Shown piece by piece: positions 15,021-27,152 of a stretch of 64,000 nucleotides of DNA. The translations under genes were made by a program, and so were the position numbers. The notes under the pieces were generated by a model that saw nothing but the letters and a program-made list of their open reading frames with translations, had not been told where the DNA came from and did no database searches. Positions within the stretch are counted from its first letter, which is position 1. Every line of letters begins with the position of its first letter. This stretch comes from Zootoca vivipara (lineage: Eukaryota), in NCBI RefSeq assembly GCF_963506605.1, contig NC_083287.1, forward strand, positions 50,406,001-50,470,000, written 5' to 3'.

Positions 15021-15435
15021 ATTGACTGTTAAAGGCCATGTTTCTGTTTCAGATACGTGGAATATGCTGAGAGCATTTTGCAGGTTTAAAAATGATGCGT
15101 CTTATTTACAGCTTTAGTTGTGATTTTATTTCTCTTGTTTCCTTATCCAAAAGTAAACAAAATGATTTCATTTGCTGAGTTGCGCTTAAGCTGGCAGGAA
15201 TGCTACTGAAATTTCTCTTGTGACTAACTAAGGCAGTGAAACATCGTTTAGTTTTAGCTATAAAAAAAAAACAAGCTGGGGAACAATGACATAGAAAAAC
15301 TCATGCAAATAAGAAGATTAATTTATCATTTAAGGCGTAAGTAAATGTGCTTGTTACACATTTATGTGCTTGTTATTTGTGCTTGTTACAGTTTCTGCTT
15401 TTTCATTTTGTAGAAGAATATGCCAAAAAAAATTT
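15021..15435 (+). repeat. left copy of ~405-bp direct repeat (L1 target-site duplication), including the duplicated WDR48 exon 17 acceptor
   Basis: matches 19620-20024 except 3 substitutions and 3 short indels (A10/A7, extra AAG, A8/A4). Confidence 0.95.
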
Positions 15436-18400
15436 TTTTGAAAAAAAATATTGATATCACAAAAAATCAACAAAATACAAACCAATAAAACCAATAAAAC
15501 CATGCCATCGCTATACAAATATCGTGTTGCGTCGTTTCCCCTGTTCTTTCCCTCCCTCATGTCCCTCCCTTGACACTTCTCATCCTGTTTTGAGCTTATC
15601 CCTATGTTCCACATATTATTTACATACCATAATTCATTCAGTTGTACGTATATATACATATATATACTGCACTAAGGTAATTACATATTATATCGATCCT
15701 TTGTTCATGACAGAGTCGTTAGACATCTGAGATAATGTTCAGTCTTTCCAATTTATTCCTAATGTAATTAATAAACGATTTCCAAATTTTAATAGTTTCC
15801 TCTGAGTTCATTCCTCTGATTTCTTCATAGTTTTTCGCTAAATTATAATAGTTAAACAATTTTATTTGCCATTCTTCTTTACTTGGGATTCCAGGGGTTT
15901 TCCAGTTCTTTGCGACTTATAACCTAGCCGCTGCTACAGCATAGCTGACTACACATCTATCATTTGATTGGATGTCTTCTGGTATCATTCCCAGGAGGAA
16001 CATTTCCGGCCTTTTTTTAAAAGAGTATTTCAACATTTTCTTTAATTCCTTATATAGCATTTTCCAAAACTCTCTAATTACACTACAATTCCACCACATG
16101 TGGATAAATGATCCGACTTCCTTTTTGCATCTCCAACATAAATTACTGGCCCCTGGGTATATATTAGACATTTTAAGTGGGGTCAAGTACCATCTATTCT
16201 GCATCTTCAAGATGTTCTCCTTCAAATCATAATTGGGGGGTAAAATTCAAATCTTTTTTCCATAAATTTTCCCATTTCTGTACTGGGATAGGTTTTCCCA
16301 GGTCTTGACCCCACTTAATCATGAAATCCTTTGTCATCTCTTCTTCTGTCCTCCATTTTAAAATTATCTGATATAAATTTTTTATATGTTTGCTCTTATT
16401 CACCAATAGTATCTCCTCCAATTTTGACATTTCCTTATCGAATCCCAATTTCCTATCAATTTGCAATCTTTGGTTTATTTGAAAATATTGCAGCCAGGTG
16501 GTCAGGTGATGTTTTATTTCAGAGTATTCTTTTAATTTTAAAATTCTCTCTTTTTCTTCCAATAAAGTTTTATATGTGGGCCAATTACTATCCATATTAG
16601 TCCTTTTAACAGCAACTAGTTCTAAAGGTGAGACCCACCAAGGGGTCTTAGGCTCAAAAAACCTTTTATATTTCTGCCACGCTAAATACAGGGATTTCCT
16701 AATTATGTTAAACATAAAGATGTTCTTTTTTTCTATTTTATCTTTCATCAGATAACGGTGCCAGCCGAATGCCAGCCCTTGGCCCTCCAAGTCTAGAAGA
16801 TCTGTGTTCTTAAGTTCCATCCAGTCTTTGATCCATGCAATAGCCGCCGCATTGTGATAGATCTCGAGATCTGGGAGTCCAAAGCCTCCCCTATCTCTAT
16901 GGTCTATCATGATTGTGTATCTTACCCTCGGTCTTTTCCCATCCCAGATAAACTTCACAATGTCTTTTTTCCATTCATTGAAGATTTTTTCTTTCCCCAA
17001 AATCGGTAAATTTTGAAATAGATAATTCATTTTAGAGACGACAGACATCTTAATCAATGAAATTCGGCCCATTAATGATAATTTCAATTTTCTCCATACT
17101 TCCAAATTTGCCTTTATCTTTTTCCAAATTTCTCTATAGTTTTCCTGTACCAAATCTATCCCTTTTATTGTTGTTTGGATGCCCAAATATTTCAATCTTT
17201 TGTCAATTTTTAAACCTGTTTTTTCTTGAAGTTCCTGCTTTTCTTTAGCTTCCAAATTTTTCACCAACATTTTTGTTTTCTCATAATTTATTTTCAAACC
17301 CGCTAATTTGCCATATTCATTTATCTTACTAATTGCTGAAGGTATACTTTGAATTGGATCTTCGGTGGTTATAATTATATTGTCTGCGAAAGCCTTTACT
17401 TTGAATTTTTTATTGCCAATTACTATTCCTTTAATACTATCCTCTTCTCTCAGATTTTTTAATAGAATTTCCAATGTTAATATGAAAAGAATAGGTGACA
17501 AGGGGCAGCCTTGTCTGGTGCCCCTCTCGATGTTTATCCTGTCGGTTAATCTTCCATTTATTAATATCCTGGCTTCTTGGACTTTATAGATTGCTTTTAT
17601 TGCTTCCTCCATTTGTTCTCCCAAATTCAGATTTTCTATTGTTTTTATCATAAATATCCGGGAGACTCTGTCGAAGGCCTTCTCCGCATCAATAGATAGG
17701 AGAGCTGCCCGCTTATCTCTCCTATTCTCAAGGCATTCCAGAATATTTACAATGTTTCTAATGTTGTCCTTGGCGGACCTTCCCTTTACAAATCCGACTT
17801 GATCCTTATGTATTAATTCTTCTAAAATCTTCTAAAATTCTTCTAAAATTTTTGTGAAGATTTTATAATCACAGTTTAAAAGAGAGATCGGTCTATAATT
17901 AGGTGAATCTGTGTCTGTTTGTGCTTTGGGTATTAATGTAATTTGTGCTTCTGTCCAAGATTTAGGAACCATTCCCTTTGTCAGTATTTTATTCATTAAG
18001 TCTTTGAGCGGAATTAATACTATTTCCTGGAATTCTTTATAATATTCTATAGGGAGCCCATCTAGACCAGGGGTTTTCCCTTTTTTCATAGATTTTATTG
18101 ATTCTATTATTTCAATTGATGTAATTTCCTTATTTAAGAATGTCATTTTTTCTGGTGGGATTTGTGGTAATTGATATTTTTTAAAGAATTCATCAATTTC
18201 TTGGCTACATACCTCTTCTTTTTGATATAGGGTTTCATAAAATTTATGGAATATTTTCATAATTTCCTCAGTCTTGTCAAAAAATTTCCCCTCTGACTTA
18301 ATTCTAGTTATTATTCTTTCATTTTTCCTCTTTTTGATCTGCCACATCAATAATTTACTCGGTTTATTTGCCCACTCAAAATATTTCCAGAATTTTAATT

Positions 18401-19619
18401 TCCGTTCAATCTCTTGATCAATTGTCCTTTCGAATTCCGTTCTCAATAATCTTAATTCTTGTTCAATGTTCTTATCATAATTTTTATAAAGGGATCTTTC
18501 TTTTCTCTTTATTTCTTGCAATAGATTTTCTTTCCTTAATTCCTCGGCTTTCCTGATTCTGGCTGTTTGCTCTATGAAATACCCACGCATAAAAGCCTTC
18601 CCCGCATCCCACACTATATTTGGGTCCACCTCACCATTATTATTTAGCTTGAAATATTCTTTAAGTTTTTTAATTGCCTCTTGTTTTACATTTATGTTTT
18701 TCAACATAAAAACATTTAATCTCCAATTTCTTTCTTTTTCTTCTTCCTTTAATATTAAAGTCATTGAGTTATGATCCGATAAAGTTCGGGGGTTAATTTC
18801 TGCCTTTTGAATTCTTAACGATAATTCCTTTGATATCCAAATCATGTCTATTCTGCTTGTGGTCTGATGTCTTGCTGAAATATGCGTAAATTCTTTTTTA
18901 ATGGGATTTTTATATCTCCAAGCATCTAATAAATTAAGATTTTTACTCAAATACATAAATTTCTTAGGTAATTTCATTTTATATTTCTTCATATTCCTTC
19001 CGCTTTTATCAAATTCTGGGTCGATTATTCCATTCATATCCCCCATTATTATAATCTTGCTTTCAACATAATTCATTAATTGAGATTCTAATTTTCCTAA
19101 GAAGGCTGTTTTACTCCCATTTGGTGCGTAGAGACCCACCCAGACCCACTCTTCACCTTCAATGATTGTCTTTATCATCACTATTCTACCTTCATTATTA
19201 TTCTGGTTTCCATTTCTTTTTAACATAAAATACGACACCTCTCTTCTTTTTTGCATCTGCCGTCACGAATTCCATTCCTAATTTTTCATTCTTTAATACC
19301 CTCAGATGTTTTTTATTTTTGTGTGTCTCTTGAAGACAAATTACATCATAATTTTGTTTTTTTAAGAAATGTCCCACCCTGTTCCGGTTTTTTTATTGTT
19401 TAAACCATTTATATTCCATGATATAATTCTTAGACTCATATTTATTTTATTGAAATTTTTTTAAAAAGGGAAAGAAAGAAAAAGAGGAAAAGGAGAAAGA
19501 AAGAAAAGAAAAAAAGGAAGAAAAAAACCACAAAAAGAAAAATTGTTAAAAACAAAATCAGATTAATCTCTATGCTAAGCAGAACCAAGGAAACAAATCT
19601 TAATTTCCTGTATTTGTGC
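15433..19619 (-). mobile_element. L1 (LINE-1) retrotransposon, 5'-truncated in the inter-ORF spacer; full-length but disrupted ORF2 (~19439-15719)
   Basis: APE endonuclease (MSLRIISWNINGL, IMGDMN, SRIDMIW, SDHN), RT (YRPISLLNCDYKI, GTRQGCPLSP, FADN, KYLG), CCHC knuckle CWRC..HMWWNC; several frameshifts and stops; short poly(A) at 15433-15439. Confidence 0.95.
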
Positions 19620-20024
19620 ATTGACTGTTAAAGGCCATGTTTCTGTTTCAGATACGTGGAATATGCTGAGAGCATTTTGCAGGTTTAAAAATGATGCGTC
19701 TTATTTACAGCTTTAGTTGTGATTTTATTTCTCTTGTTTCCTTATCCAAAAGTAAACAAAATGATTCCATTTGCTGAGTTGCGCTTAAGCTGGCAGGAAT
19801 GCTACTGAAATTTCTCTTGTGACTAACTAAGGCAGTGAAACATCGTTTAGTTTTAGCTATAAAAAAACAAGCTGGGGAACAATGACATAGAAAAACTCAT
19901 GCAAATAAGATTAATTCATCATTTAAGGCGTAAGTAAATGTGCTTGTTACACATTTATGTGCTTGTTATTTGTGCTTGTTACAGTTTCTGCTTTTTTATT
20001 TTGTAGAAGAATATGCCAAAATTT
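19620..20024 (+). repeat. right copy of ~405-bp direct repeat (contains the functional exon 17 acceptor)
   Basis: ATTGACTGTTAAAGGCC...ATATGCCAAAATTT, ending at an L1 endonuclease-like TTT/AA site. Confidence 0.95.
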
Positions 20025-20083
20025 AATAAGATTCCTTTCTACCTCCAACCTCATTCCTCTTCTGGAGCAAAAACGTTAAAGAA
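20007..20083 (+). CDS. WDR48: WDR48 exon 17 (intact copy)
   Basis: tgtag|AAG AAT ATG..AA|gtaagt; KNMPKFNKIPFYLQPHSSSGAKTLK. Confidence 0.95.
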
Positions 20084-20197
20084 GTAAGTATATAAAATAA
20101 ATTACAAAACTTCTCTTGGTTTCCAGGAGCATGAAATAAGGAGCCACAATCAGCTAAGACTTCATGTCTCAACTCCAAATACACTTTGTTTCCACAG

Positions 20198-20390
20198 GGA
20201 TCGACTGTCAGCCAGTGACATGTTGCAAGTTAGGAAGGTGATGGAGCATGTTTATGAAAAAATAATAAATCTGGACAATGAATCTCAGACAACTAGCTCT
20301 TCCAATAATGAAAAGGCCGGGGAACAAGAAAAAGAGGAGGATATTGCTGTTTTAGCAGAAGAGAAAATTGAACTTCTGTGCCAGGACCAG
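20198..20390 (+). CDS. WDR48: WDR48 exon 18
   Basis: cacag|..CAG|gtatcc; [29 protein letters not shown]...IELLCQDQ. Confidence 0.95.
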
Positions 20391-21404
20391 GTATCCCCAT
20401 TGCCTACCTTTCTGGTGGTTTTAAGAATTCAGTGTAGTGAACACAACTTTGTATGCCATTCTGAGTTCCTTGGAAGGAAGGCAGGATATGTTGGCTGGTA
20501 GCGGGGTCTTGAAGTCCTATAAAATGATTTTGGAGAAGAAAAGCCGGGGTTGTGTTTGTGGCATTGGAGCACACAACCTGTCACATTCTGAGAATTCAAA
20601 AACTGGCTCAAACAAAAACAGGTTTGCTTTTGTCCTGTGTTGTCTCCCAGTGGTTGAAATAATCCACTGCTCCAGGGTGGGAGAAGATTCTCCAGTGGGT
20701 ACCAACACCTCACTTTGAATGTCATCTTGCAGTAGAGAGCCTCAGCCATCAAGTGGGCGGAAACAACCCAAAAAGGCAAATTCCCTCTTGTAAAATTAAT
20801 TTGGAGTCCCAAAGGCACTCAGAGAACTGCTTTGAAATCCTCAAGTAGAGTTCCTCGGTCTCACACAAGTAGTTAGTAGACAAGGTGTGGTGTCTGACAG
20901 CCTCTGTCAGTACATTTCTCATACTGCAAAGTATTTTCCTTTAGTTGTGTGCTTTAGAAATGATGGTTCATCTTTCTTGGCTACCATGATGCAAGTTCCA
21001 TTTTGAATAATGTGTGAACTTTACTCCAAGAGTCTTAAAGTTTACATTCATCATCCATGGCTATTAGTAGTTTGTGCTTTGCTGCCTTAAAGCAGACTTG
21101 GGAATCTGAATGCCTTTGTACATCCTCTGGGTAATGTAATGTAGCCTAAATAGGCAACCTTAACAGGAAAAACCTGTCATAAGGAAGATGATGTTGCTGC
21201 TTTTGCAAAGCCCCAACAGCCTTTGTACCTGGATGACTGCTGAATTTGGGGGCTTCTTGCGCATAAAATGAGCTTCTGTGGCCAAAATTTGGGCTGCAGC
21301 CCTAGCACAAGCCTTCTAATGGCTGACAGGGAAATAAAAGATGCATGCTTGAGAGGAGAAACACATGGATATTTGCTACTTTCATAACAGATGGTGGGAT
21401 ATAG

Positions 21405-21797
21405 ATTCATAGAGCTGGAAGGGACTCTTGAGTATCACCTAGTCCAGGCATGTCCAACAGGTATATTGTGATCTACCGGTAGATCACGGGATGTCTGCAG
21501 TAGATCACTGCTAGAACATTGGCTCCCCCCAAAGAAGCTGAACAACTGTGGCTCCCCTAAAAAAGCTCATCATTTTACCTCCTCCCTGAAAAAACTCAAC
21601 AACTTTGACCTGAACCCCCAAAAAGGGGGTAGATCATTGCCAGTTTTTAACTCTGTGAGTAGATCGCAGTCTCTTGGGAGTTGGCCAGTCCTGGTCCTAG
21701 TCCAACCCCTGCAAGGCAAGAATATGCAGCTGTCCCTTATGGAGATCGAACCTGCAACCTTGGTGTTATCAGCACCACTCTAATCATCTGAGCTATC
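21405..21797 (-). mobile_element. tRNA-derived SINE with CR1-like tail, interrupted by a hAT-like MITE (~21445-21693)
   Basis: tRNA-like head on the minus strand (gatagctcag..GCAGGTTCGATC), CR1-like 3' end; inserted CAGG..CCTG element with duplicated cctagtc. Confidence 0.65.
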
Positions 21798-21946
21798 CTG
21801 AAGCCTGTGCTTGTATGCCTAGCTACATACAGGTATACCATCCAAGTGATGCATAAGGGGGGCGGGGGAGGGAGAGAATGGATGTCTATATGTGTTGGGA
21901 AACTCAGAGTCTCATGGAAAAACCGAATTGGTTTTGTTGTGAACAG

Positions 21947-22042
21947 GTATTGGATCCAAATATGGACCTTCGAACCGTCAAACACTTCATATGGAAGAGT
22001 GGTGGCGACTTGACTCTCCACTACCGCCAGAAGTCGACGTGA
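21947..22042 (+). CDS. WDR48: WDR48 exon 19 (terminal coding part)
   Basis: aacag|GTA..ACG TGA; [31 protein letters not shown]. Confidence 0.95.
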   Translation, partial: VLDPNMDLRTVKHFIWKSGGDLTLHYRQKST

Positions 22043-24193
22043 GCCAAGTGGCGGGCCCAACCAGTTTATTAACTTACTTGAGCTTCCTGTCCTGGTTCCA
22101 GCTGTAGCGCTCTAGAAGCCAACGGAAACCCTAAGGTAGATCTGACACTTCTAATGCCTCAGTGTGGACAGAATCTACATGAATTGAAGTGACTAATAAA
22201 TCTGTAATATAGACAAATCTCTATGACCTAAAACTAAAGCCTGTCCTTACCAAGGTACAAGTGGGAGTGGCATGGGAAGCCCTTGAGTGGTTCCTGTTTT
22301 GTGAGGTGTACAGCAACCAGGTGATCCAGTGCAGCTGTCTGTGGGGGTTCTTATTTCGGTTTTCATTTCCAAGGTTTATCATACCGTCATCCGCTCAAGC
22401 TTGTTGTGAAAAAGGTTTCTCAGCCGTTGCTAAACTCGTTCACCGTGTAAAAAACTGCATGTGCTGTACTTTGTTAATACATTCCATGTATACAGTGCAT
22501 ACTTTTTCATGAAGGGTCAGTTTTGGACACTTCTCGAGACAGATTTCCTAGAGAAAAAAACTCTATTGTACAGTTGAGTAGAACAGTCTCTGTAACGTAA
22601 GCCAAAAGGGTTAACTCCCTTGAGGCTTGTTGATTGTCTTTCAGCTGTGATCGGAGCAAAAATCAGTAGGTTGTGCGATTATAGGGTCAGTACAATGGTG
22701 CAGTGCATCATAATGGAATATTTCAAGCCCTTTAACTAGAGTTTTAAATATGTAACTTCTGGAGTTCCGTTTTCCCCCCTAAGGTGGCTCATTGATCACA
22801 ATTCCAAGTAATTGTGCTCTACATTTTAACATCGTGGCATATTCTAGAAACTTGTAGTAATCGTCGTGATGGGGAAAAAAGGAGTTGCAGATTTTCCTCC
22901 TATGGTTTTTATATGCATTTTTTGGATGTTTTTGTTGATGTTGCAAGCTGTATACAGCTTAGCTTTTCTTTTCAACCATTTCTAAAAAAAATAAATACAT
23001 TTTACAGCTTTTTCATATTCTCATACTCTTGTAGAATCTAACTTATTGTAAGCGGGAGCAGGGGAACACTTCGATCTTCTGGGCAAGAAAAGCTGAGTTT
23101 GAATTCAAAGTTCAACTGGAAAACAAACATCCCAATAACAAAATATTGTAAAGTGGTTTTTATTTGAAACAGAAGCACAAGTGCCTTTTTAAAAGAGGCA
23201 GTATAGTAAAGTTTAGGTCCCTGCCTGCTAGCAGATGAGCACTCCTCTTTTCCTTAATGGTGGCAGCTAGATGTAAGCTATAGCCTGCAAAACATCTTGG
23301 TTTTGCTTCACTGTTGAAAGACAACTGGAAGCCCTAATGCCAGCATTGTTTTTGCAGCATGGGAGCTGCTTAAAATTGAGCAACACGCAGGCCGGTGGCA
23401 TGCTGTGAATATTTCCCATGCTATTTGGTAGTTATCCACAAATGAATTTTGCACCAACCAAGAGGAAAATATCCAGAGCCTGATACTTACGAGTCATTTG
23501 ACTGCCTTTTATGGGTGTTTCGAGGATTATGTGTGTCCTTTCCCCCACCCTCCCACGCCAACTGTGGTAGAAAGACAAAGTGCAACGTTACAGCACCTTT
23601 TGGACATTTTTCTCTTCGTTTTTTTCTTGGGGTGGTAAGTACCCCATGGAGCACTTGCTTTTATACACATCAGATTGTCAAAGCAACTGCCATGTTACAA
23701 AAAGATGAGCTTTGTGTTGTCCCTAAACCATTGTCGCTTGTGTTCCAGATGACACAAAGCACTGCTCTAAACAAGGTCTGGTTATGAATTAAGCTTGCAT
23801 GCACCTTTCCCAGCTTGACATCATTTTCCATTTGTAAATCCCATTTGTGTGTACAGCAATCTAGTTTGCCACCTCTGTGCTACACTGCACACTTTAGTGA
23901 AGTTGGTAAATTCATTGGTTTAAACAACTGTAAATTTGTCCTGAATTGATTGATATTGGAGGAGAGGGGCTTTGTTCTTATAGATCTAATTTTCAATTTT
24001 GTGCTCTCCATGTCTTCACTGAAAGTTAATTCTCCCCTCTTCCCCTCCCTTTTGTGTGTGTTTTTAAAAAATCAGCCAAGATTCTAAACTTTTTATTTTC
24101 TACAATCCCAGCAATGTAGTTTCAGGAAAGGTTGACAGAGGGCCTGTAATGCCAAAAGGATGAACATGTATTGAACAATTGTATAGAAATAAT

Positions 24194-24199
24194 AATAAA
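24194..24199 (+). terminator. candidate distal poly(A) signal of WDR48
   Basis: AATAAA followed by U/GU-rich sequence; more proximal AATAAA at 22195 and 22990. Confidence 0.45.
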
Positions 24200-25705
24200 A
24201 AACTTTAGCTAACATTCCTAAGCAGCTTTGGTCATTTTTGTTTTAATTATGTGATCATAAATTCCTTGGCCAAAAAAAGAGGTATTGCCAGAAAGCTCTT
24301 CAAAGTTCCTGAAACCAAAATTAGCGCACAGAACAACTGTGGATCTTTTGCACACTTGCCCTATCAACTGCACTGCATTATCAGATATGTATGTATATTG
24401 AGTATTTCTGCTTAGTCCTCAAGTAAGGCTACAAAGTTTGTTGCTGTGCTGCTTTTTTCAACTGTGGTTGTGTGTTTGAGCACTAGCTATGCAGGCGGAA
24501 GGTCCCAGGTCCAATCTCTGGCATCTCTACATAGATTGGGAAAGACCCAACAATTTCAGGAGAGCCGCTGCTAGTCTGTGTTGGCAAATACTAAGCTCAA
24601 CAACTGGGACCATCCATTTAATTTTTTTTCCTGGTTCTTCAGTAGTGGAGGAAGATGATCCTGTGTGGGTTGTCAGTGCCCAGCTCTCCACTGGCAGGAA
24701 GTCAAACTTTCAAGGGGGTATGCCTGGTGCGCAGAGCAACCCCCTCACCAGTTCAACTGCAGGTCACTCTTTACCAGGGCCCTGGGTTAGTGGCTCTTTT
24801 GGGCATCACATCCCATTTCACCAGGAGCACAGCTACCTCAACAGTATTCTGGATGTGACCCCTCCCAAGTGATAGTTGGGGGGGAGCTATTGGATACGTA
24901 GTTGAGGATCAACCTCCCGTACCCCAATTTCCCTACCACCTCCTCCTACTCCTAAGCCCATACCAGGGTTTTTTCTCTTCTCCATCTGTGCTACCCTTAC
25001 AACACCAACCATTAGGGGGCCTCTTGGGACTTGTTTTTCCCCTCTTCCTCTTCTATTGCTTATTTTTGACTAGTTACTTGCTTAAGCACAAATTGAACTG
25101 GCAAAGGGTCTACTCTTGCCCACCAGGTATACCACCTACCTGCTCAAAATTTTGGCTTCCTGCCAGTTGAGAGGTGAGCATTGACAACCCACACAGGATC
25201 CCGTTCCTCTACAGGGAAGGAACTTATTGCATTAAGTACCAAAGTTTGCTCCTTGTTCTCAGGTGTTTTTTAAAATAAAAATCTTTGCCTAGTTCTCCAA
25301 GCTCTGTAACCATGAAATATAAGGTGTGCAAGGCAATCCTGGCTCTAAGGAGTTGTTGTTCCTATTCCAAACTCTGAATAGAACACTTTGGAAGGTGCTA
25401 CTGCTGGCTGGGTGTGGGTGGGAGTTTTGAGGACTGGACCCTAGGTCACGAGACTGACCTGAAAAGGGTTTGGAATAGATGTATCTCCTTGCCAATGTCA
25501 TTTTCCTTGGGGGTGATGACTTTGCACCAACTGAGGTTACAGTGGGTGGGGACTTGCTCTGGTTGAGCTACATCAAGACACCTATTGTGGCAGATTGAGA
25601 GTTTGGATTGCACATTATTCTGGGAGCTAGTGAATAATAAGCAGGACCAAAATGGCAACTTCACTTCTGCAGGGAGTACTTTTAACAGGTATTTTCCAAA
25701 AATGG

Positions 25706-25711
25706 TTTATT
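25706..25711 (-). terminator. candidate poly(A) signal of GORASP1
   Basis: TTTATT on + (AATAAA on -) about 1.2 kb past the GORASP1 stop. Confidence 0.4.
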
Positions 25712-26880
25712 TTTAATCTTCAACAAACAGAAGCAGGGAATCAAAAACCATTTTGAAATATACCATTCAACACATCTAGTGTGATATAGAACACCAGTTA
25801 TTCATATTGAATAAAGCCATATTCAGAGCTCAGGAGAGGAATCAGCCTCCCTGAAAAGCAACAGTCTCGCCATCAGGGGTGCAGACCTACATGATAGTAG
25901 CTTATTTGCTCAAGTCAACACATACCTGCCATTAGAACACACTTAATTTGAAAACAAAAATTAAAATTCAATTATTTTACCATGCATGCATGTTTAGAAT
26001 CACCACTTTTAATTTGCAGAGGCTCAGAAGAAATATTTCAGCCACATCTAACCCCAAGTGTAAAACTATAAATTGCTTACGTTCACCTTGAAACTATTAT
26101 TTCAAGAGAGATTTCTAACAAGTAAGGTACCTAATAGGAGAATAAAGTAGCTGCTTGGGTTCATTTCCTACCTCTTTGGCATGTGTATAGTCGAGAGGTC
26201 TGCATGCACCTCCCTGTCTCCCAGATAACTTTAATGTGGCATTGACTAGAGGAGGAGGATTGTGGGGGCTATGCCAGCCCACCTGCATGTGTCAGGGATG
26301 GAGTACTGCAGCAGCTCTTCTGCAAGGAAGCACTGTAACCTGGAGAGAGGAAAGTGCTGGATTATGGCCATGAAAGTTGCAAACACATTAGACTCTTCTA
26401 CATGGGTGCCCAAAGAGAATCAAATTGTGAAGTGTTATTTGGGAATTTTTAACATTAAATATTTTGACATATAAAATCAAGGTGAACAGTTGTCACAATT
26501 AAAACTGAAACCTAGAAAGAGGGCTAAAAGGGTCTGCTAAAATCAAGCCATTGTTTGCTTACTAGCTGCATTTTAAAAAAACAAAACAAAAACTAAACTA
26601 AAAGTCTTGCTGTTAGCTTTTGGGCAGACAGCAAACCTCACACTAAACAGCATTTTTAAAGAACTGATTCCAAGTCAAATAATCAGTGTTATTGCTGAGC
26701 AGTAGTTGCAGATGTTGAAACCTATCAGACAATGACAGGCTGGCTCAAGGCCCCTGGAAACAGCTTGAATTCTTGCAGTATTACTGTTGCTATCACAATG
26801 GGTGTCACTGGGCATCAAAAGCCTTATTGTCTGGTACCAATATCCTTACAGCTGATAGCAAGTGCTGTCACTTTTTAGCT

Positions 26881-27152
26881 CTAGATCTGTACAGTTTCTT
26901 CTGTCAATTCCTTGGCCTTTTCATCTTCACTGTCAGGTTGTAACGCTTTGGTCATTTGCAGGCTCTCAGTCCCATCTAAAAGCATAAGTGTTTCTCGAGC
27001 ACCACCATCAGCTTTAGATGTTGCATTTACAGAGATATCCGCAGGAAGGGATGGCAAAGCAGAAACTGAATGCGCTGCATCCAACTCTGGCTGAGGACTC
27101 GGGCCCTCTGAATAAGAGATTGAATCTTCTGAAACTGGAATAGAGGCCTGAT
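26881..27152 (-). CDS. GORASP1: GORASP1 exon 9 (terminal)
   Basis: tttcag|AT CAG GCC..ATC TAG; in phase with exon 8; acidic Ser-rich tail ...EKAKELTEETVQI*. Confidence 0.8.

Noticed and set aside
15414-15435. Upstream copy as the true WDR48 exon 17
   Set aside because: It matches only KNMPK and then enters L1 sequence; the complete 77-nt exon with donor is at 20007-20083.
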